Program-made: the position numbers and the translations under genes
Notes under the pieces: generated by a model
The model's database searches: none
Told to the model about the DNA's origin: nothing
The model's input: the letters and a program-made list of their open reading frames with translations, nothing else
NCBI GenBank assembly: GCA_963809485.1
Contig: CAWEJX010000001.1
Coordinates: 502,091 to 566,090 of the forward strand
Reading direction: 5' to 3'
DNA from: an uncultured Acidobacteriota bacterium
GTDB taxonomy: Bacteria > Acidobacteriota > UBA6911
DNA: 64,000 bases
Shown here: positions 17,889-28,027 of the stretch, piece after piece
Numbering within the stretch: position 1 is the stretch's first letter
How the letters are laid out: each line of letters opens with the position of its first letter

Positions 17889-18884
17889 ATGAGCTGCCCC
17901 TCGGTTTCTTACCTTTCGAAAACACTCCTTAGTGTTCTGTTTGGCGCGAGTCTGATGTTCACATCGAGCATCGTGCGTGCACAGGAACCCACAGAAGAGG
18001 AGTACAAGGCATTACAGGATATCCAAGCTGAAAAGGACTCCGTTAAAAAGACGGACATGATTGTTAAGTTCCTCCGGGAAAAACCCAAAAGCAGTTACCG
18101 GCCGAACATAACGGCCGAGTTCCAGAAAATCATTGTCAGTTTGCAGCAGGATAAAAAGTGGTCCCAGTTGATCGCGTTGGGCGACAAGTTTTATGATGTG
18201 GCGCCGGAGGATACCTTTACGGTCTCAGCGCTTGCGGCGGCCTATTCCCAAACCGGAAACACCAAGGGATTTGCCACATTCGGGGAGAAGGCCTATGCGG
18301 CCAAGCCCAATCCGCAACTCGCCCTGGCGATTGCAAAGGCCTACGCTCAACTGGGGAACGACGCAAAGTTCAATCAGTGGGGAGAAAAGGTCCTGGCATC
18401 CGATCCCGATAACGTTGAGATCCTTGGGGATCTGACTCGAAGGGCCCTCACTGCGCAGAACATGACGCAGGCGGTAAAATATTCACGAATGATATTGAAG
18501 TCGTTGCCCACCGCCAAGAAGCCTGAAGGCATGGATGAAGCAACCTGGAAAACCACTCAGAGCACTCTTTACGCCACGGCGTATGGCGCTCTGGGGGCCT
18601 CCGCTTACGAAAAAAAGAGCTACGCGGAAGCCATTAAAAATCTGGACAGCGGGGTCAAGTATTTCAAAAGAAACGAGATCGCGTACTATTACCTGGGCAT
18701 GTCCTATTGGCAGCAAAACAAGCTGGATGCGGCCATGTTGAATTTTGCCAAGGCCTACCTGATCAAGGGATCCACGTCCGCAGCCGCGAAGAAGTATCTG
18801 GATCAGCTCTATGCATCCAGCCACAGGGGTTCGACGGCCGGCGTGAATAAGGTAATCGAAAGAGCCCAGCAGGATCTGAAGTAG
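17889..18884 (+). CDS. Exported tetratricopeptide-repeat protein
   Basis: AAGGAG RBS, signal peptide ending VRA-Q, helical TPR-like repeats (AYYYLGMSYWQQ). Confidence 0.8.
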   Translation: MSCPSVSYLSKTLLSVLFGASLMFTSSIVRAQEPTEEEYKALQDIQAEKDSVKKTDMIVKFLREKPKSSYRPNITAEFQKIIVSLQQDKKWSQLIALGDKFYDVAPEDTFTVSALAAAYSQTGNTKGFATFGEKAYAAKPNPQLALAIAKAYAQLGNDAKFNQWGEKVLASDPDNVEILGDLTRRALTAQNMTQAVKYSRMILKSLPTAKKPEGMDEATWKTTQSTLYATAYGALGASAYEKKSYAEAIKNLDSGVKYFKRNEIAYYYLGMSYWQQNKLDAAMLNFAKAYLIKGSTSAAAKKYLDQLYASSHRGSTAGVNKVIERAQQDLK

Positions 18885-18911
18885 CCTGTCCGGGAATTAC
18901 CATCATCTTCG

Positions 18912-18960
18912 GCAACCACGACTTCGCTAAAGCCTTTTTTGCGGGGTCGTGGTTGCTTTT
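18912..18960. terminator. Probable bidirectional intrinsic terminator
   Basis: GCAACCACGAC / GTCGTGGTTGC inverted repeat followed by TTTT, between convergent genes. Confidence 0.65.
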
Positions 18961-18980
18961 GTCGTTTTAAGGGCAGATCT

Positions 18981-20327
18981 TTACAGCAGGTTGCGCTTCC
19001 GGGCTGAATACTCCAGCTCTTCCCTGAATTTCGGATGCGCGATACCGATAAGGGATTGCGCGCGTTCCCGCACCGTCTTCCCGTGCAGATAAGCTGCGCC
19101 GAACTCCGTCACCACATAATGCACGTCGCCTCTTGAAGTCACCACTCCCGCCCCTTCTTTGATGTGCGGGACTATCCGGCTGACGGTATCGTTGAGTGCC
19201 GTTGAGCGCAGAGCAATGATGGGCTTTCCCCCTTTGCTGCGCGCAGCGCCTCGCACGAAATCCACCTGTCCGCCGATCCCGCTGTAAAAGCTGTATCCGA
19301 TGGAATCCGAGCAGACCTGCCCGGTCAAATCCACCTCGATAGCCGAATTGATCGCCACCTGCTTGTCGTTGCGGCTGATAACGAAGGGATCGTTGATGTA
19401 CTGGGAGGGATGGAATTCGAAAATCGGGTTATTGTTGATGAATTCGAACAAGCGCCGCGTACCGAGAACGAATCCGATCAGGATTTTCCCGATATGCAGC
19501 GTCTTTTTTTCATTGGTGATGATTCCCGTCTCAATCAGATCGATGACGCCGTCGCTTACCATTTCAGAATGGATGCCGAGATGTTTTTTTTCAGTCAGGT
19601 AACTCAGGACGGCATCAGGAATTTCGCCGATTCCGAGCTGCAGCGTCGATCCGTCCTCGATCAGATCCGCGATGTATCGCCCGATACGCATCGCAATATC
19701 GGGCACATTCCCCATCGGGAATTCGACGAGGTCGTCCGCAACTTCGACCACAAAATGGATCTTGTTCAGATGGATGAAGGAATCTCCGAGGGCCCGCGGC
19801 ATCTTGGGATTGATCTGCGCAATCACGATGCGGGCGCATTCGGCCGCCGTCTTGGTGGTGTCCACGCCTACTCCAAAACTGCAAAACCCGTGCGCGTCCG
19901 GCGGCGAGACGTGGATAAGCGCCACATCGATCGGCAGGGCGCCGGTGCTGAAAAGCGATTCGATCTCGCTCAGGAAAATGGGGACAAAATCAGCGCGCCC
20001 CTCATTGATGGCCTCCCGGACATTCGCCCCTGAAAAAAGGGCCACATGCCTGAAACTCTCCCCCATTTCAGGAAGCACGTAATCCGCAATGCCGCGAGTC
20101 AATATATGGATCACCTTGACCTTTCGCAGTTTGTCCGCCCGGGCGACCATTGCGCGGACCAGTTGCTCGGGTTCTGCACACCCCGGGTGTATATAGACGC
20201 AATCCCCGCTGCGGATGACCTGGACGGCCTCCTCCGCAGTGCGGCGTTTGCTCACATATTTTTCCAGCCAGGTCGTGATCCGGACGGACGCATTTTTCCC
20301 TTCCATTCCCGGTATCGAGGTAGACAT
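18981..20327 (-). CDS. Acetyl-CoA hydrolase/transferase family protein (4-hydroxybutyrate CoA-transferase-like)
   Basis: TLQLGIG, GIHSEM, EVDLTGQVCSDS and SGIGGQVDF motifs. Confidence 0.9.
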   Translation of the reverse strand: MSTSIPGMEGKNASVRITTWLEKYVSKRRTAEEAVQVIRSGDCVYIHPGCAEPEQLVRAMVARADKLRKVKVIHILTRGIADYVLPEMGESFRHVALFSGANVREAINEGRADFVPIFLSEIESLFSTGALPIDVALIHVSPPDAHGFCSFGVGVDTTKTAAECARIVIAQINPKMPRALGDSFIHLNKIHFVVEVADDLVEFPMGNVPDIAMRIGRYIADLIEDGSTLQLGIGEIPDAVLSYLTEKKHLGIHSEMVSDGVIDLIETGIITNEKKTLHIGKILIGFVLGTRRLFEFINNNPIFEFHPSQYINDPFVISRNDKQVAINSAIEVDLTGQVCSDSIGYSFYSGIGGQVDFVRGAARSKGGKPIIALRSTALNDTVSRIVPHIKEGAGVVTSRGDVHYVVTEFGAAYLHGKTVRERAQSLIGIAHPKFREELEYSARKRNLL

Positions 20328-20329
20328 AG

Positions 20330-21463
20330 TCAATCCTCACTCCCGGACTGGGCCAAAAGCAGATCGAGGCTGCTGTAGTCCCATCCGAGCAGGCTTGCGA
20401 GTCCCTGGTGCGTGCAATGGCCGGAGAAAAGATACACACCTCTTCGTAGAGCCGGGTTATTCCTGCAGGAGGCGCGTTGGTTTTCCGAAATATCTTCCAC
20501 GAACGGGAGGAGGACATTGTTCAGCGCGTGCGATCCCGTGCGCGCCACGGAAGAGGGGATGTTGGGCACACAGTAGTGAGTGACGCCGTGTTTGGAAAAT
20601 ACGGGATCCGACAGCGTGGTCGGCCGGCTGGTCTCCACGCAGCCCCCCTGATCGATGGACATATCAATGATGACACTGCCGGGCCGCATTTTGCGGACCA
20701 TGGATTCGGTGACGACGTGCGGCGCTCTGCGTCCATGCACCATGACGGCGCCCAGAACAACATCGGCCGAAGTGACAAAGCGTTCTACGTCGTAGGGGGT
20801 TGCCAGAACAGTATTCACAGCCTTGTGGAGATAGGTGTCGATGAAACGAAGCCGTTTCAGGTCCTCGTCCATCACGGTCACGCTGGCGCCGTAGCCGGCA
20901 AATACCCGCGCCGCCGCAGATCCTGCCGTGCCGGCGCCCAAAATCACGACACGGGCAGCGGGAATCCCGGGCACGCCACCCAGCATGACGCCGCGGCCTC
21001 CGTGGGTCGTCTCCAGGAACCGCCCGGCGATCTGCGGAATCAGCGTGCCGGCAATTTCGCTCATCGCCTTTACGACCGGCAGGTGGTGATCCTCCTCCTC
21101 GATCAGTTCCAGTCCCACAGCGATTACGCGCTGGGCTCTCAGCGTGCTATGGGCTTCGGGATTAGCCGAGCCCAGGTGCACCGCGCTGATGATGTATTTG
21201 CTTTCGCCGATCCAATGACACTCCTGCAAAGTCGGGGGCATTACTTTTACGAGCAGGTCCGCCCGCGCAAACACCTCCTCGGCTGAGAAGGCTATCGTGG
21301 CGCCGGCTTCCCGGTAGGATTCGGTTGTGAATCCGCAACCCGTGCCCGCATCGGATTGAACGATGGCCGTGTGCCCCGCCCTGGACAGCGAGTGCGCTCC
21401 AGCCGGCGTCAGGGCAACTCGGTGCTCCTCGTTCGAGCTTTCTCTCGGTATCCCGACAATCAT
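20330..21463 (-). CDS. ald: Alanine dehydrogenase family protein
   Basis: MIVGIPRE..EHRVALTP, MSEIAG, GAGTAG, IDQGGCVET and YCVPNIP motifs; start set at 21463. Confidence 0.85.
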   Translation of the reverse strand: MIVGIPRESSNEEHRVALTPAGAHSLSRAGHTAIVQSDAGTGCGFTTESYREAGATIAFSAEEVFARADLLVKVMPPTLQECHWIGESKYIISAVHLGSANPEAHSTLRAQRVIAVGLELIEEEDHHLPVVKAMSEIAGTLIPQIAGRFLETTHGGRGVMLGGVPGIPAARVVILGAGTAGSAAARVFAGYGASVTVMDEDLKRLRFIDTYLHKAVNTVLATPYDVERFVTSADVVLGAVMVHGRRAPHVVTESMVRKMRPGSVIIDMSIDQGGCVETSRPTTLSDPVFSKHGVTHYCVPNIPSSVARTGSHALNNVLLPFVEDISENQRASCRNNPALRRGVYLFSGHCTHQGLASLLGWDYSSLDLLLAQSGSED

Positions 21464-21534
21464 TCGATGCCTCTCTTTCTGTACCGGGTGTCTCGGTGGC
21501 AAAGGAATATCATCAATGGAAGTACATTTGCCCG

Positions 21535-22596
21535 TTACAGCTCCGGTTTCGGCGTATTGCTTGTGCTTTTCGGCAGAACCGGCGGCTTGATATATTCGGC
21601 CGGGATATTGCCGGTTAGTGTCTTCAGCCACGTAACGATGGAGCCGATTTGTTTTTCACTCAGGTTTTTGCCGAGCTGGTATTCACCCATCCTCGAGACC
21701 GCCTGCTCCAATGTCTCGACCTTGCCGTTGTGGAAATAGGGTTTGGTCTCCGCGATGTTACGCAAACTTGGGACCTTAAACACCATGCGGTCGGCTTCAT
21801 TTTTCGTGACCTTCTCGCGGCCGGGATCAGCAGTGTCCGGGTAGGGCTTTGCTGCGCCGAGTTCCTGATACTGATCCCCGCCCAGGTATGCCCCCGCGTG
21901 GCAGATCTGGCATCCCGCTTCCACGAACGTGTTGAAACCGGCCTTTTCCGCATCAGTTAGCGCCTGAGCATCTCCCCGCAAAAACTGATCCCATCGGGAG
22001 GGCGTGATGAGTTTGCGCTCAAACGCCCCGATCGCCAGAGCCATGTTTTCAACGCTGACGGAGTTCCTATCTTCCGGAAAAGCCTTTTTGAATGCGTCGA
22101 CATATCCTGGCATGGATTTAAGGACGGCAACTACCTTCCTTTCCGAAGGCATGGCCATCTCGACCGGGTTCATAACGGGGCCTTTGGCCTGCTCCTCAAC
22201 ATCGCGCGCACGGCCGTCCCAGAACTGTACGAAGTGACCCGCAGCGTTATATACAGTTGGCGCGTTGCGGTCTCCTTTCTGCCCTTTGTGGCCGTCGGAA
22301 GTCGGCTGGTTGTCGACCCCATATTTGTCGAGCAAATGACAGGAATTGCATGATATGTCCTGACCTTTGGAAAGACGGGATTCGTAGTAAAGCATCCTTC
22401 CCAAAGCTATTTTCGCTTCCGTAGCCGTATTCGTGCTTGAGGGCACAGAATCAGGCAGTGGCTGAAACAGCTTCAAGCTTGCCGGATCGACAGTCACAGC
22501 AGGAGCGGTTTTGGATTTGGGTTGTGTGCCACATCCGCTGGCTGACAAGACCATAATAGCAGCAGCCATTATAGGAACCAGGCATCTCATTCTCAT
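21535..22596 (-). CDS. Di-haem cytochrome c peroxidase (MauG/CcpA family), probable lipoprotein
   Basis: CNSCH and CQICH haem motifs, RNAPTV, QFWDGRA, FKVPSLRN and PYFHNG. Confidence 0.92.
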   Translation of the reverse strand: MRMRCLVPIMAAAIMVLSASGCGTQPKSKTAPAVTVDPASLKLFQPLPDSVPSSTNTATEAKIALGRMLYYESRLSKGQDISCNSCHLLDKYGVDNQPTSDGHKGQKGDRNAPTVYNAAGHFVQFWDGRARDVEEQAKGPVMNPVEMAMPSERKVVAVLKSMPGYVDAFKKAFPEDRNSVSVENMALAIGAFERKLITPSRWDQFLRGDAQALTDAEKAGFNTFVEAGCQICHAGAYLGGDQYQELGAAKPYPDTADPGREKVTKNEADRMVFKVPSLRNIAETKPYFHNGKVETLEQAVSRMGEYQLGKNLSEKQIGSIVTWLKTLTGNIPAEYIKPPVLPKSTSNTPKPEL

Positions 22597-22718
22597 TGCG
22601 ACCTCCAGGGAAGAACAGGTTTGTGCCTCAAATTAACAACCCGAAAATACAAAAGTCAAACGATAGCCGTATTTATCGGCCTTTCCGAACTCGCAACCTC
22701 TGCATTGATATAGGACGC

Positions 22719-24842
22719 TCAATCCTTCACAAGACCCAGAGCTTGCCCAGCCGCGGCCAGAAGGGCTTCCGGGCCAACCGGCGATCCGGTTGCGCCCTTC
22801 ATCCACAAATCAGGCCCAATGCGTCCCTGGCGTGCGACACGCTCGAACTCGGGCCCGACCTTGCCCGCCTTCCTCATGTGTTCCTCCAGCTGGAACGCAA
22901 TCATGTGCCCGATCGGGTAATCGGGCAGGTACAGATATGAATCGATCATGTGCGAGTAGATGCCGAGCAGCACAACATCTTTCTTCCGGAAAACCGGGGC
23001 ATAGAACTGGTTCCAGACATCCTTGGAGATTTGCACAACGGCGTCGCGCAGCTGTCCGGGCGTAGCATCCGGATGCTCGTACATCCAGTGCCACGCGCGC
23101 ATATCTACCAGGCTGACTCCGCAGATCTCGTAAGTCGCCCAGAAGTCGTTCAAAGCTTTGAGAGCTTCCGACTGCCGGTCGGGCGGCTGCAAACCGAGCA
23201 GTTCGAGATCGCGCCCCTGGAATACAAAAGCCAGCGCCTCGGTAAAGGCCGTATTCGGAACGCCATTCAGCGTGTAGTAGTCCATGGCGTTGAGCGAAAA
23301 GGTCTGCTCGACATTATGCCCCAGCTCGTGGACCGCGATGTTGAAACCCTTATAATTCATCCCGCCTTTTTCCACCCGCGTGCGCAAATGGGCTTTGGCC
23401 TGGCGCATCGCAGCGCCCATGGCGTGCCCGGATCCGCGCGCAGGATCAACCGCGATGTTGTCGGCTGCGAATTTCGCGCGTTCCGGGGCAAAACCGAGCT
23501 TTTCCAGCAGGCGAGGAATATCCTTCTCGAAAGCCTGGGCCGTGGGATATCTTTGAGCCGTCAGCCTGTCCAATTCCGCTGCGTTGTATTTGACATTGGG
23601 CCGGAACCCATTATACCAGATGTCAAAGGGCTCGAGCGGGCGGCCCAGACGCTTCTCTATAAGCGCGCCCACTCGGGGCGCCAGCGGTGAGGCAAGAACC
23701 TGTTCGAACATTTTCCGCACGCGCTCCTCCGGCAGCTGGCGGTCCTCATTGAAGCGCCGCGCAATCAGGCTGGGCGCAGTCGGCGAATGGGGATCCGCAA
23801 GGTTGTGAGCCCGAAAAACCTCGAGCCAGCGAAGGTAGCGAGCGCCGGCCTCCGGCGCATTCGTGGCACCCCTGTCTACCGGAGCAAAATCCGAATCCTT
23901 TTCAGCAGCCGGCCGGACGTCGTTGGTTGCAGGCTGCCAGTCCAACTGGGGATTGTTAATGACAGAGGCCGGGATGGTTTGAGTTACGATGCGATCCATA
24001 ACGTCTGCAATCATACGCTGCTTGGCGAGTCCGTCCTTCAGGTCGCCGTAATCCGCCTTGATTTCATCGCGCAGGTTCCAGTGCGACAAAAGGCGCATCC
24101 CGGCGGGAAAAAGGCGGCGGCCCTGGGCATCCAGCAGGTGGTGCATCCAAATGTTGTACTCGGAAATGTACCGGCCTGCCTCGGCATCCGCCCTTGCGAT
24201 AGCCAGATTCACTTTTGCGGGAATCCGTTTCGAAAAGAACTCGGCAAGCCGCGTTTCAGCCCATTGCCGACGGCTCCATTTATCGCCGTCCGCCAGACGC
24301 TCATCCAGCGTCGTCAAGGGAAAATTCAAGAGAGCCACGAACGCCAGCTTGTTGTCAAAAAAGTCGTCGATCAGATGCGCGGAAGGATCGTATCCGCCAA
24401 AAATTTCATCGTAAGATTCAACGGGCCCCGCGTCGAGGTCCGCCTGCTGCCGGAATTCCCGGCCGATTTCCGTCATGTGACCCAAAGCCTGCTCCAGCAG
24501 CCGCTCGAATCGGCCGAACATCGTGTCCAGCGAAGCCTGATCGCCCGCAAGGCTGCCTTTGATGAACTCCTCAAAAGCCTGCCGGTTGCCATCGGAATCC
24601 CGCCAGAAGCCTGAAACCTGCTTCAAACCGCGCCGGATGCGGGATCGCTGGGGATCACCATACCGGGCGGAGAGTTCAGATTCGAGTTTGTCTGAGGCCG
24701 TTTTGATCCACGCAGGAGGGCCGGCGGGTTCAGACAGGGATTCCCTGCTCCCGGTTTGCGAATTGCTCATGCGTGACTCCTTCGAACATGACATAGCAAG
24801 AACCAATAGGAAACTAAACGCCAAAAGTTGCGCGTGTCGCAT
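22719..24842 (-). CDS. Lipoprotein with gluzincin-type HExxH motif (M2/M3-like putative metallopeptidase)
   Basis: LAMSC lipobox after GGAGG RBS; VHELGH followed by NTAFTEALA. Confidence 0.65.
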   Translation of the reverse strand: MRHAQLLAFSFLLVLAMSCSKESRMSNSQTGSRESLSEPAGPPAWIKTASDKLESELSARYGDPQRSRIRRGLKQVSGFWRDSDGNRQAFEEFIKGSLAGDQASLDTMFGRFERLLEQALGHMTEIGREFRQQADLDAGPVESYDEIFGGYDPSAHLIDDFFDNKLAFVALLNFPLTTLDERLADGDKWSRRQWAETRLAEFFSKRIPAKVNLAIARADAEAGRYISEYNIWMHHLLDAQGRRLFPAGMRLLSHWNLRDEIKADYGDLKDGLAKQRMIADVMDRIVTQTIPASVINNPQLDWQPATNDVRPAAEKDSDFAPVDRGATNAPEAGARYLRWLEVFRAHNLADPHSPTAPSLIARRFNEDRQLPEERVRKMFEQVLASPLAPRVGALIEKRLGRPLEPFDIWYNGFRPNVKYNAAELDRLTAQRYPTAQAFEKDIPRLLEKLGFAPERAKFAADNIAVDPARGSGHAMGAAMRQAKAHLRTRVEKGGMNYKGFNIAVHELGHNVEQTFSLNAMDYYTLNGVPNTAFTEALAFVFQGRDLELLGLQPPDRQSEALKALNDFWATYEICGVSLVDMRAWHWMYEHPDATPGQLRDAVVQISKDVWNQFYAPVFRKKDVVLLGIYSHMIDSYLYLPDYPIGHMIAFQLEEHMRKAGKVGPEFERVARQGRIGPDLWMKGATGSPVGPEALLAAAGQALGLVKD

Positions 24843-25009
24843 AATTCCTCCGCTCCGGGCTTTTCGGGCCTTAGGGCTTTGCGTTCCGGCCCGCCGACCT
24901 TGCATCTCCGCAATCCCAGAGCTCCCGGAACCGGGATTGCGGTTCGACCGCGTAAAGTAGCACCGCCGCGATCCATACTGCCACCGTTCCGGCGCTGACG
25001 ACCCCATCG

Positions 25010-25741
25010 CTACTTCAGATCCCGGACCCGCACTTCAATTTCCTGGTTGCTCTTAAGCAGGTTTATTAGAGCCCCGGTGTCGGTGTCGCCGTAATGATAG
25101 GGATAGAGGACTTTGGGGTTCATAGCCTTTGCGACATCGGCAACCTGGGCCGGAGTCATCGTGTAAGGCTGGTTCATGGGCAGAAAAGCTATATCGATAT
25201 TTTGAAGGGCTTTTATTTCCGGAATATTTTCGGTGTCCCCTGCGAAGAAAACTCTCTTGTCGCCCAATGTCAGGATATAGCCATTTCCGTTGCCCTTGGG
25301 GTGAAATGGTTTTTCGAGATTGTAGGCAGGCACGGCCTCTATCCGGATCCCTGCGATATTTTTATTGTCGCCGTTTTTCATGACCGATGCATTGGGAAAG
25401 CTTTTAGCCGAATTCGCATTCATGATGAGCACTGTTTGGGCTGTGCTGCCGGCCTGGATGGCTTTGGCATCCAGGTGATCGCCGTGCTCGTGCGTCACCA
25501 GGATCACGTCCGCTTTGGGAAGTGCCGCATAATCCGCATACATTGAGACCGGATCGACGTGGATCACCTTGCCGCCATACTGCAGCATGAGGGTGCCATG
25601 GCCGACAAAGGTGATCTTCAGGTCACCGCCGGAGGTTTTATAGACATCCGACTGAAACCTGTTTTGCGCGTAGGCAGACAATACAAAAACGAAAACAAAA
25701 GCGGCTGCCAGAACACATTTGACAAGCATGGTGCCGTTCAT
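25010..25741 (-). CDS. Exported MBL-fold metallo-hydrolase
   Basis: THEHGDHLD, AGDT and PYHYG motifs; signal peptide; GGAGG RBS. Confidence 0.88.
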   Translation of the reverse strand: MNGTMLVKCVLAAAFVFVFVLSAYAQNRFQSDVYKTSGGDLKITFVGHGTLMLQYGGKVIHVDPVSMYADYAALPKADVILVTHEHGDHLDAKAIQAGSTAQTVLIMNANSAKSFPNASVMKNGDNKNIAGIRIEAVPAYNLEKPFHPKGNGNGYILTLGDKRVFFAGDTENIPEIKALQNIDIAFLPMNQPYTMTPAQVADVAKAMNPKVLYPYHYGDTDTGALINLLKSNQEIEVRVRDLK

Positions 25742-26003
25742 AGAAACCTCCCGATGGTTGTTGCGCTCAGGTATAAGGCATAGTAAACCACACAACGCAG
25801 TCGATTTGTTTTATTATCTCCAATAGGTTACGCTTTTGGGAAAAGCCTTTCATGCATCTGAGGCATGTGTGTCGCGTGGAGTAGAGCCCGTTTTCTTCGG
25901 ATTTTGCAGATCGAGGTCAGAATCGTCACCGGCTTATGCCTTAAAACGGCCGATAGCAGCCCCAGGCATGTTAGTGCCAATATAAAAAAGATGTGAGGAA
26001 TCC

Positions 26004-27545
26004 ATGGCAACTTCAAAATCGGCAGGTCTGCTGAATAAGCTATCCATCAAGGAGATAAATCCTGGAGCCTGTTTTGGGCCAGGCGGATGGATCTCCGACC
26101 CCGAGGGCCGCGAAACCGTCTCCTATTGCCCTGCTACCGGCGAGCCTATCGCGAAAGTGATTCAGGCCGGTCGTGAAGCATACGAACGCATCGTTTCTCA
26201 GGCCGCAAAGGCTTCTGGTGCATGGCGCATGGTTCCCGCTCCCAAGCGCGGAGAAATTGTTCGGGACCTTGGGAATGCATTGCGGCAGCTCAAAGAGCCG
26301 CTGGGGGAGCTGGTCAGCCTGGAAATGGGCAAGATCCGGGTTGAAGGACAGGGCGAAGTCCAGGAAATGATCGATATATGCGATTTTGCAGTTGGGCTGT
26401 CCCGCCAGCTTTACGGGCTGACGATTGCCTCCGAGCGACCGGGGCACCGGATGATGGAACAATGGCATCCTTTGGGAGTCGTCGGCGTGATAACCGCTTT
26501 TAATTTTCCCGTTGCCGTATGGGCCTGGAACAGCGCCATTGCAGCGGTTTGCGGCGACCCGGTGATTTGGAAACCTGCAGGTGCAACTCCTCTCTGCGCG
26601 ATCGCCGTGCAGCATATCGCCAACCAGGTCATGGCGGATCACAATCTGAACGGAATCTTCAGCCTTCTTATCGGCCATGGAAACAGCATCGGAAATCAGA
26701 TGATCCATGATCACAATTTTCCGCTGATATCCTTTACCGGCTCCACGCGCGTCGGGCAACATGTGTCGGAAGGAGTCGCGCGCCGCTTTGGCCGAGCAAT
26801 CCTGGAACTCGGAGGCAACAATGCAGTCCTGGTGACCGAGGAAGCGAACCTGGATCTGGCGACACGCGCGATCCTGTTCGGCGCCGTTGGAACGGCCGGG
26901 CAGCGCTGTACATCCACGAGGCGTATCATCGCCCACAAAAGCGTTTCAGGGGAGCTGATACAAAGGCTGGTGCGGGCCTACAGCCAGGTGAAGATCGGAG
27001 ATCCGCTGGATCCGTCCGTTCTGATGGGCCCCTTGATCACGTCCGAGGCAGTCGACGACATGTTCCGCGCGATCGGGCAGGCAAAAGAAGACGGCGGCCG
27101 GGTGCTTTTTGGCGCGCGGCGCCGGCCTGATCTCGGCCCGCTTTTTGTGGAGCCCACAATTCTGCAAATGCCGTTACAAACGGATATCGTGAAGAAGGAG
27201 ACTTTTGCGCCAATCCTGTATATTCTCGAGTACGATAGCTTTGAAGAGGCTTTGAGACTCCACAACCAGGTGCCCCAGGGGCTCTCCAGCGCAGTCTTTA
27301 CAGGAAGCCTGCAAAAGGCCGAGGAGTTTCTCTCGCCACGCGGCTCAGACTGCGGCATCGCCAACGTCAACATCGGCACGTCCGGCGCCGAAATCGGCGG
27401 GGCTTTCGGCGGAGAAAAGGAGACCGGCGGCGGCCGCGAGTCGGGTTCCGATGCATGGAAGGCCTATATGCGCCGCCAGACAAATACCATCAACTGGTCA
27501 AACGATCTCCCCTTAGCGCAAGGAATCCGCTTCGACGATGAATAA
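26004..27545 (+). CDS. Aldehyde dehydrogenase, ALDH7/piperideine-6-carboxylate dehydrogenase type
   Basis: AFNFP, FTGST, LELGGNNA, GTAGQRCT, ETFAP and GAEIGGAFGGEKETGGGRESGSD motifs. Confidence 0.93.
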   Translation: MATSKSAGLLNKLSIKEINPGACFGPGGWISDPEGRETVSYCPATGEPIAKVIQAGREAYERIVSQAAKASGAWRMVPAPKRGEIVRDLGNALRQLKEPLGELVSLEMGKIRVEGQGEVQEMIDICDFAVGLSRQLYGLTIASERPGHRMMEQWHPLGVVGVITAFNFPVAVWAWNSAIAAVCGDPVIWKPAGATPLCAIAVQHIANQVMADHNLNGIFSLLIGHGNSIGNQMIHDHNFPLISFTGSTRVGQHVSEGVARRFGRAILELGGNNAVLVTEEANLDLATRAILFGAVGTAGQRCTSTRRIIAHKSVSGELIQRLVRAYSQVKIGDPLDPSVLMGPLITSEAVDDMFRAIGQAKEDGGRVLFGARRRPDLGPLFVEPTILQMPLQTDIVKKETFAPILYILEYDSFEEALRLHNQVPQGLSSAVFTGSLQKAEEFLSPRGSDCGIANVNIGTSGAEIGGAFGGEKETGGGRESGSDAWKAYMRRQTNTINWSNDLPLAQGIRFDDE

Positions 27546-27580
27546 CAGGATTTTGAGGGAAGGCATCATGCCTAATCCAT

Positions 27581-27974
27581 CAGTCAGGCGCCTCCGGCAA
27601 AGCCGGAGGCCTGAAGGATTGGAACCGCTCAAAGCGGTTGGAGGAGTTACGCCAATCTTGAACGCTGACTTACGCGGGCAAAAGCCGATGAGGTGCTTCC
27701 GATCCCCGCAGGGACCAGCGCTCCGCGCTGGACGGTTTTCTGCGGCGGCACTGTGGCAAACGCCCGGTTTCTCATATCCTCCATCTCCTTAGCGCACGGC
27801 GCTTGCCACAGTGCCACCGCAGAAAACCCAATCGGAAGCACCTCATCGGCTTTTGCTCGCCGACCCTCGCCGACCAGATCGGCGTTTGTCAGCGCTTTGG
27901 TCAGCGTATCTCAGCGTTTCAAAATATGGAGCCGTCAAACTCTATGAGTCCCCCGGCAGAGCCGAGGGTTTACC
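27581..27974. mobile_element. Non-autonomous IS200/IS605-type palindromic element (PATE/MITE-like), copy 1
   Basis: Terminal hairpins GCCTCCGGC-AAA-GCCGGAGGC and CCCCCGGC-AGA-GCCGAGGG-TTTACC; subterminal AACCGCT-CAA-AGCGGTT; no transposase; homologous copy at 45856-46081. Confidence 0.75.
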
Positions 27975-28027
27975 ACTAGAATCAGGAAGAGGATCACCGA
28001 ATTTTTTCCCAAGCCCGAATCTCGAGA

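Noticed and set aside
24843-25007. Longer start for the lipoprotein and a CCGCAATCCC/GGGATTGCGG hairpin
   Set aside because: The RBS and lipobox support 24842. The hairpin is a single ordinary intergenic stem.
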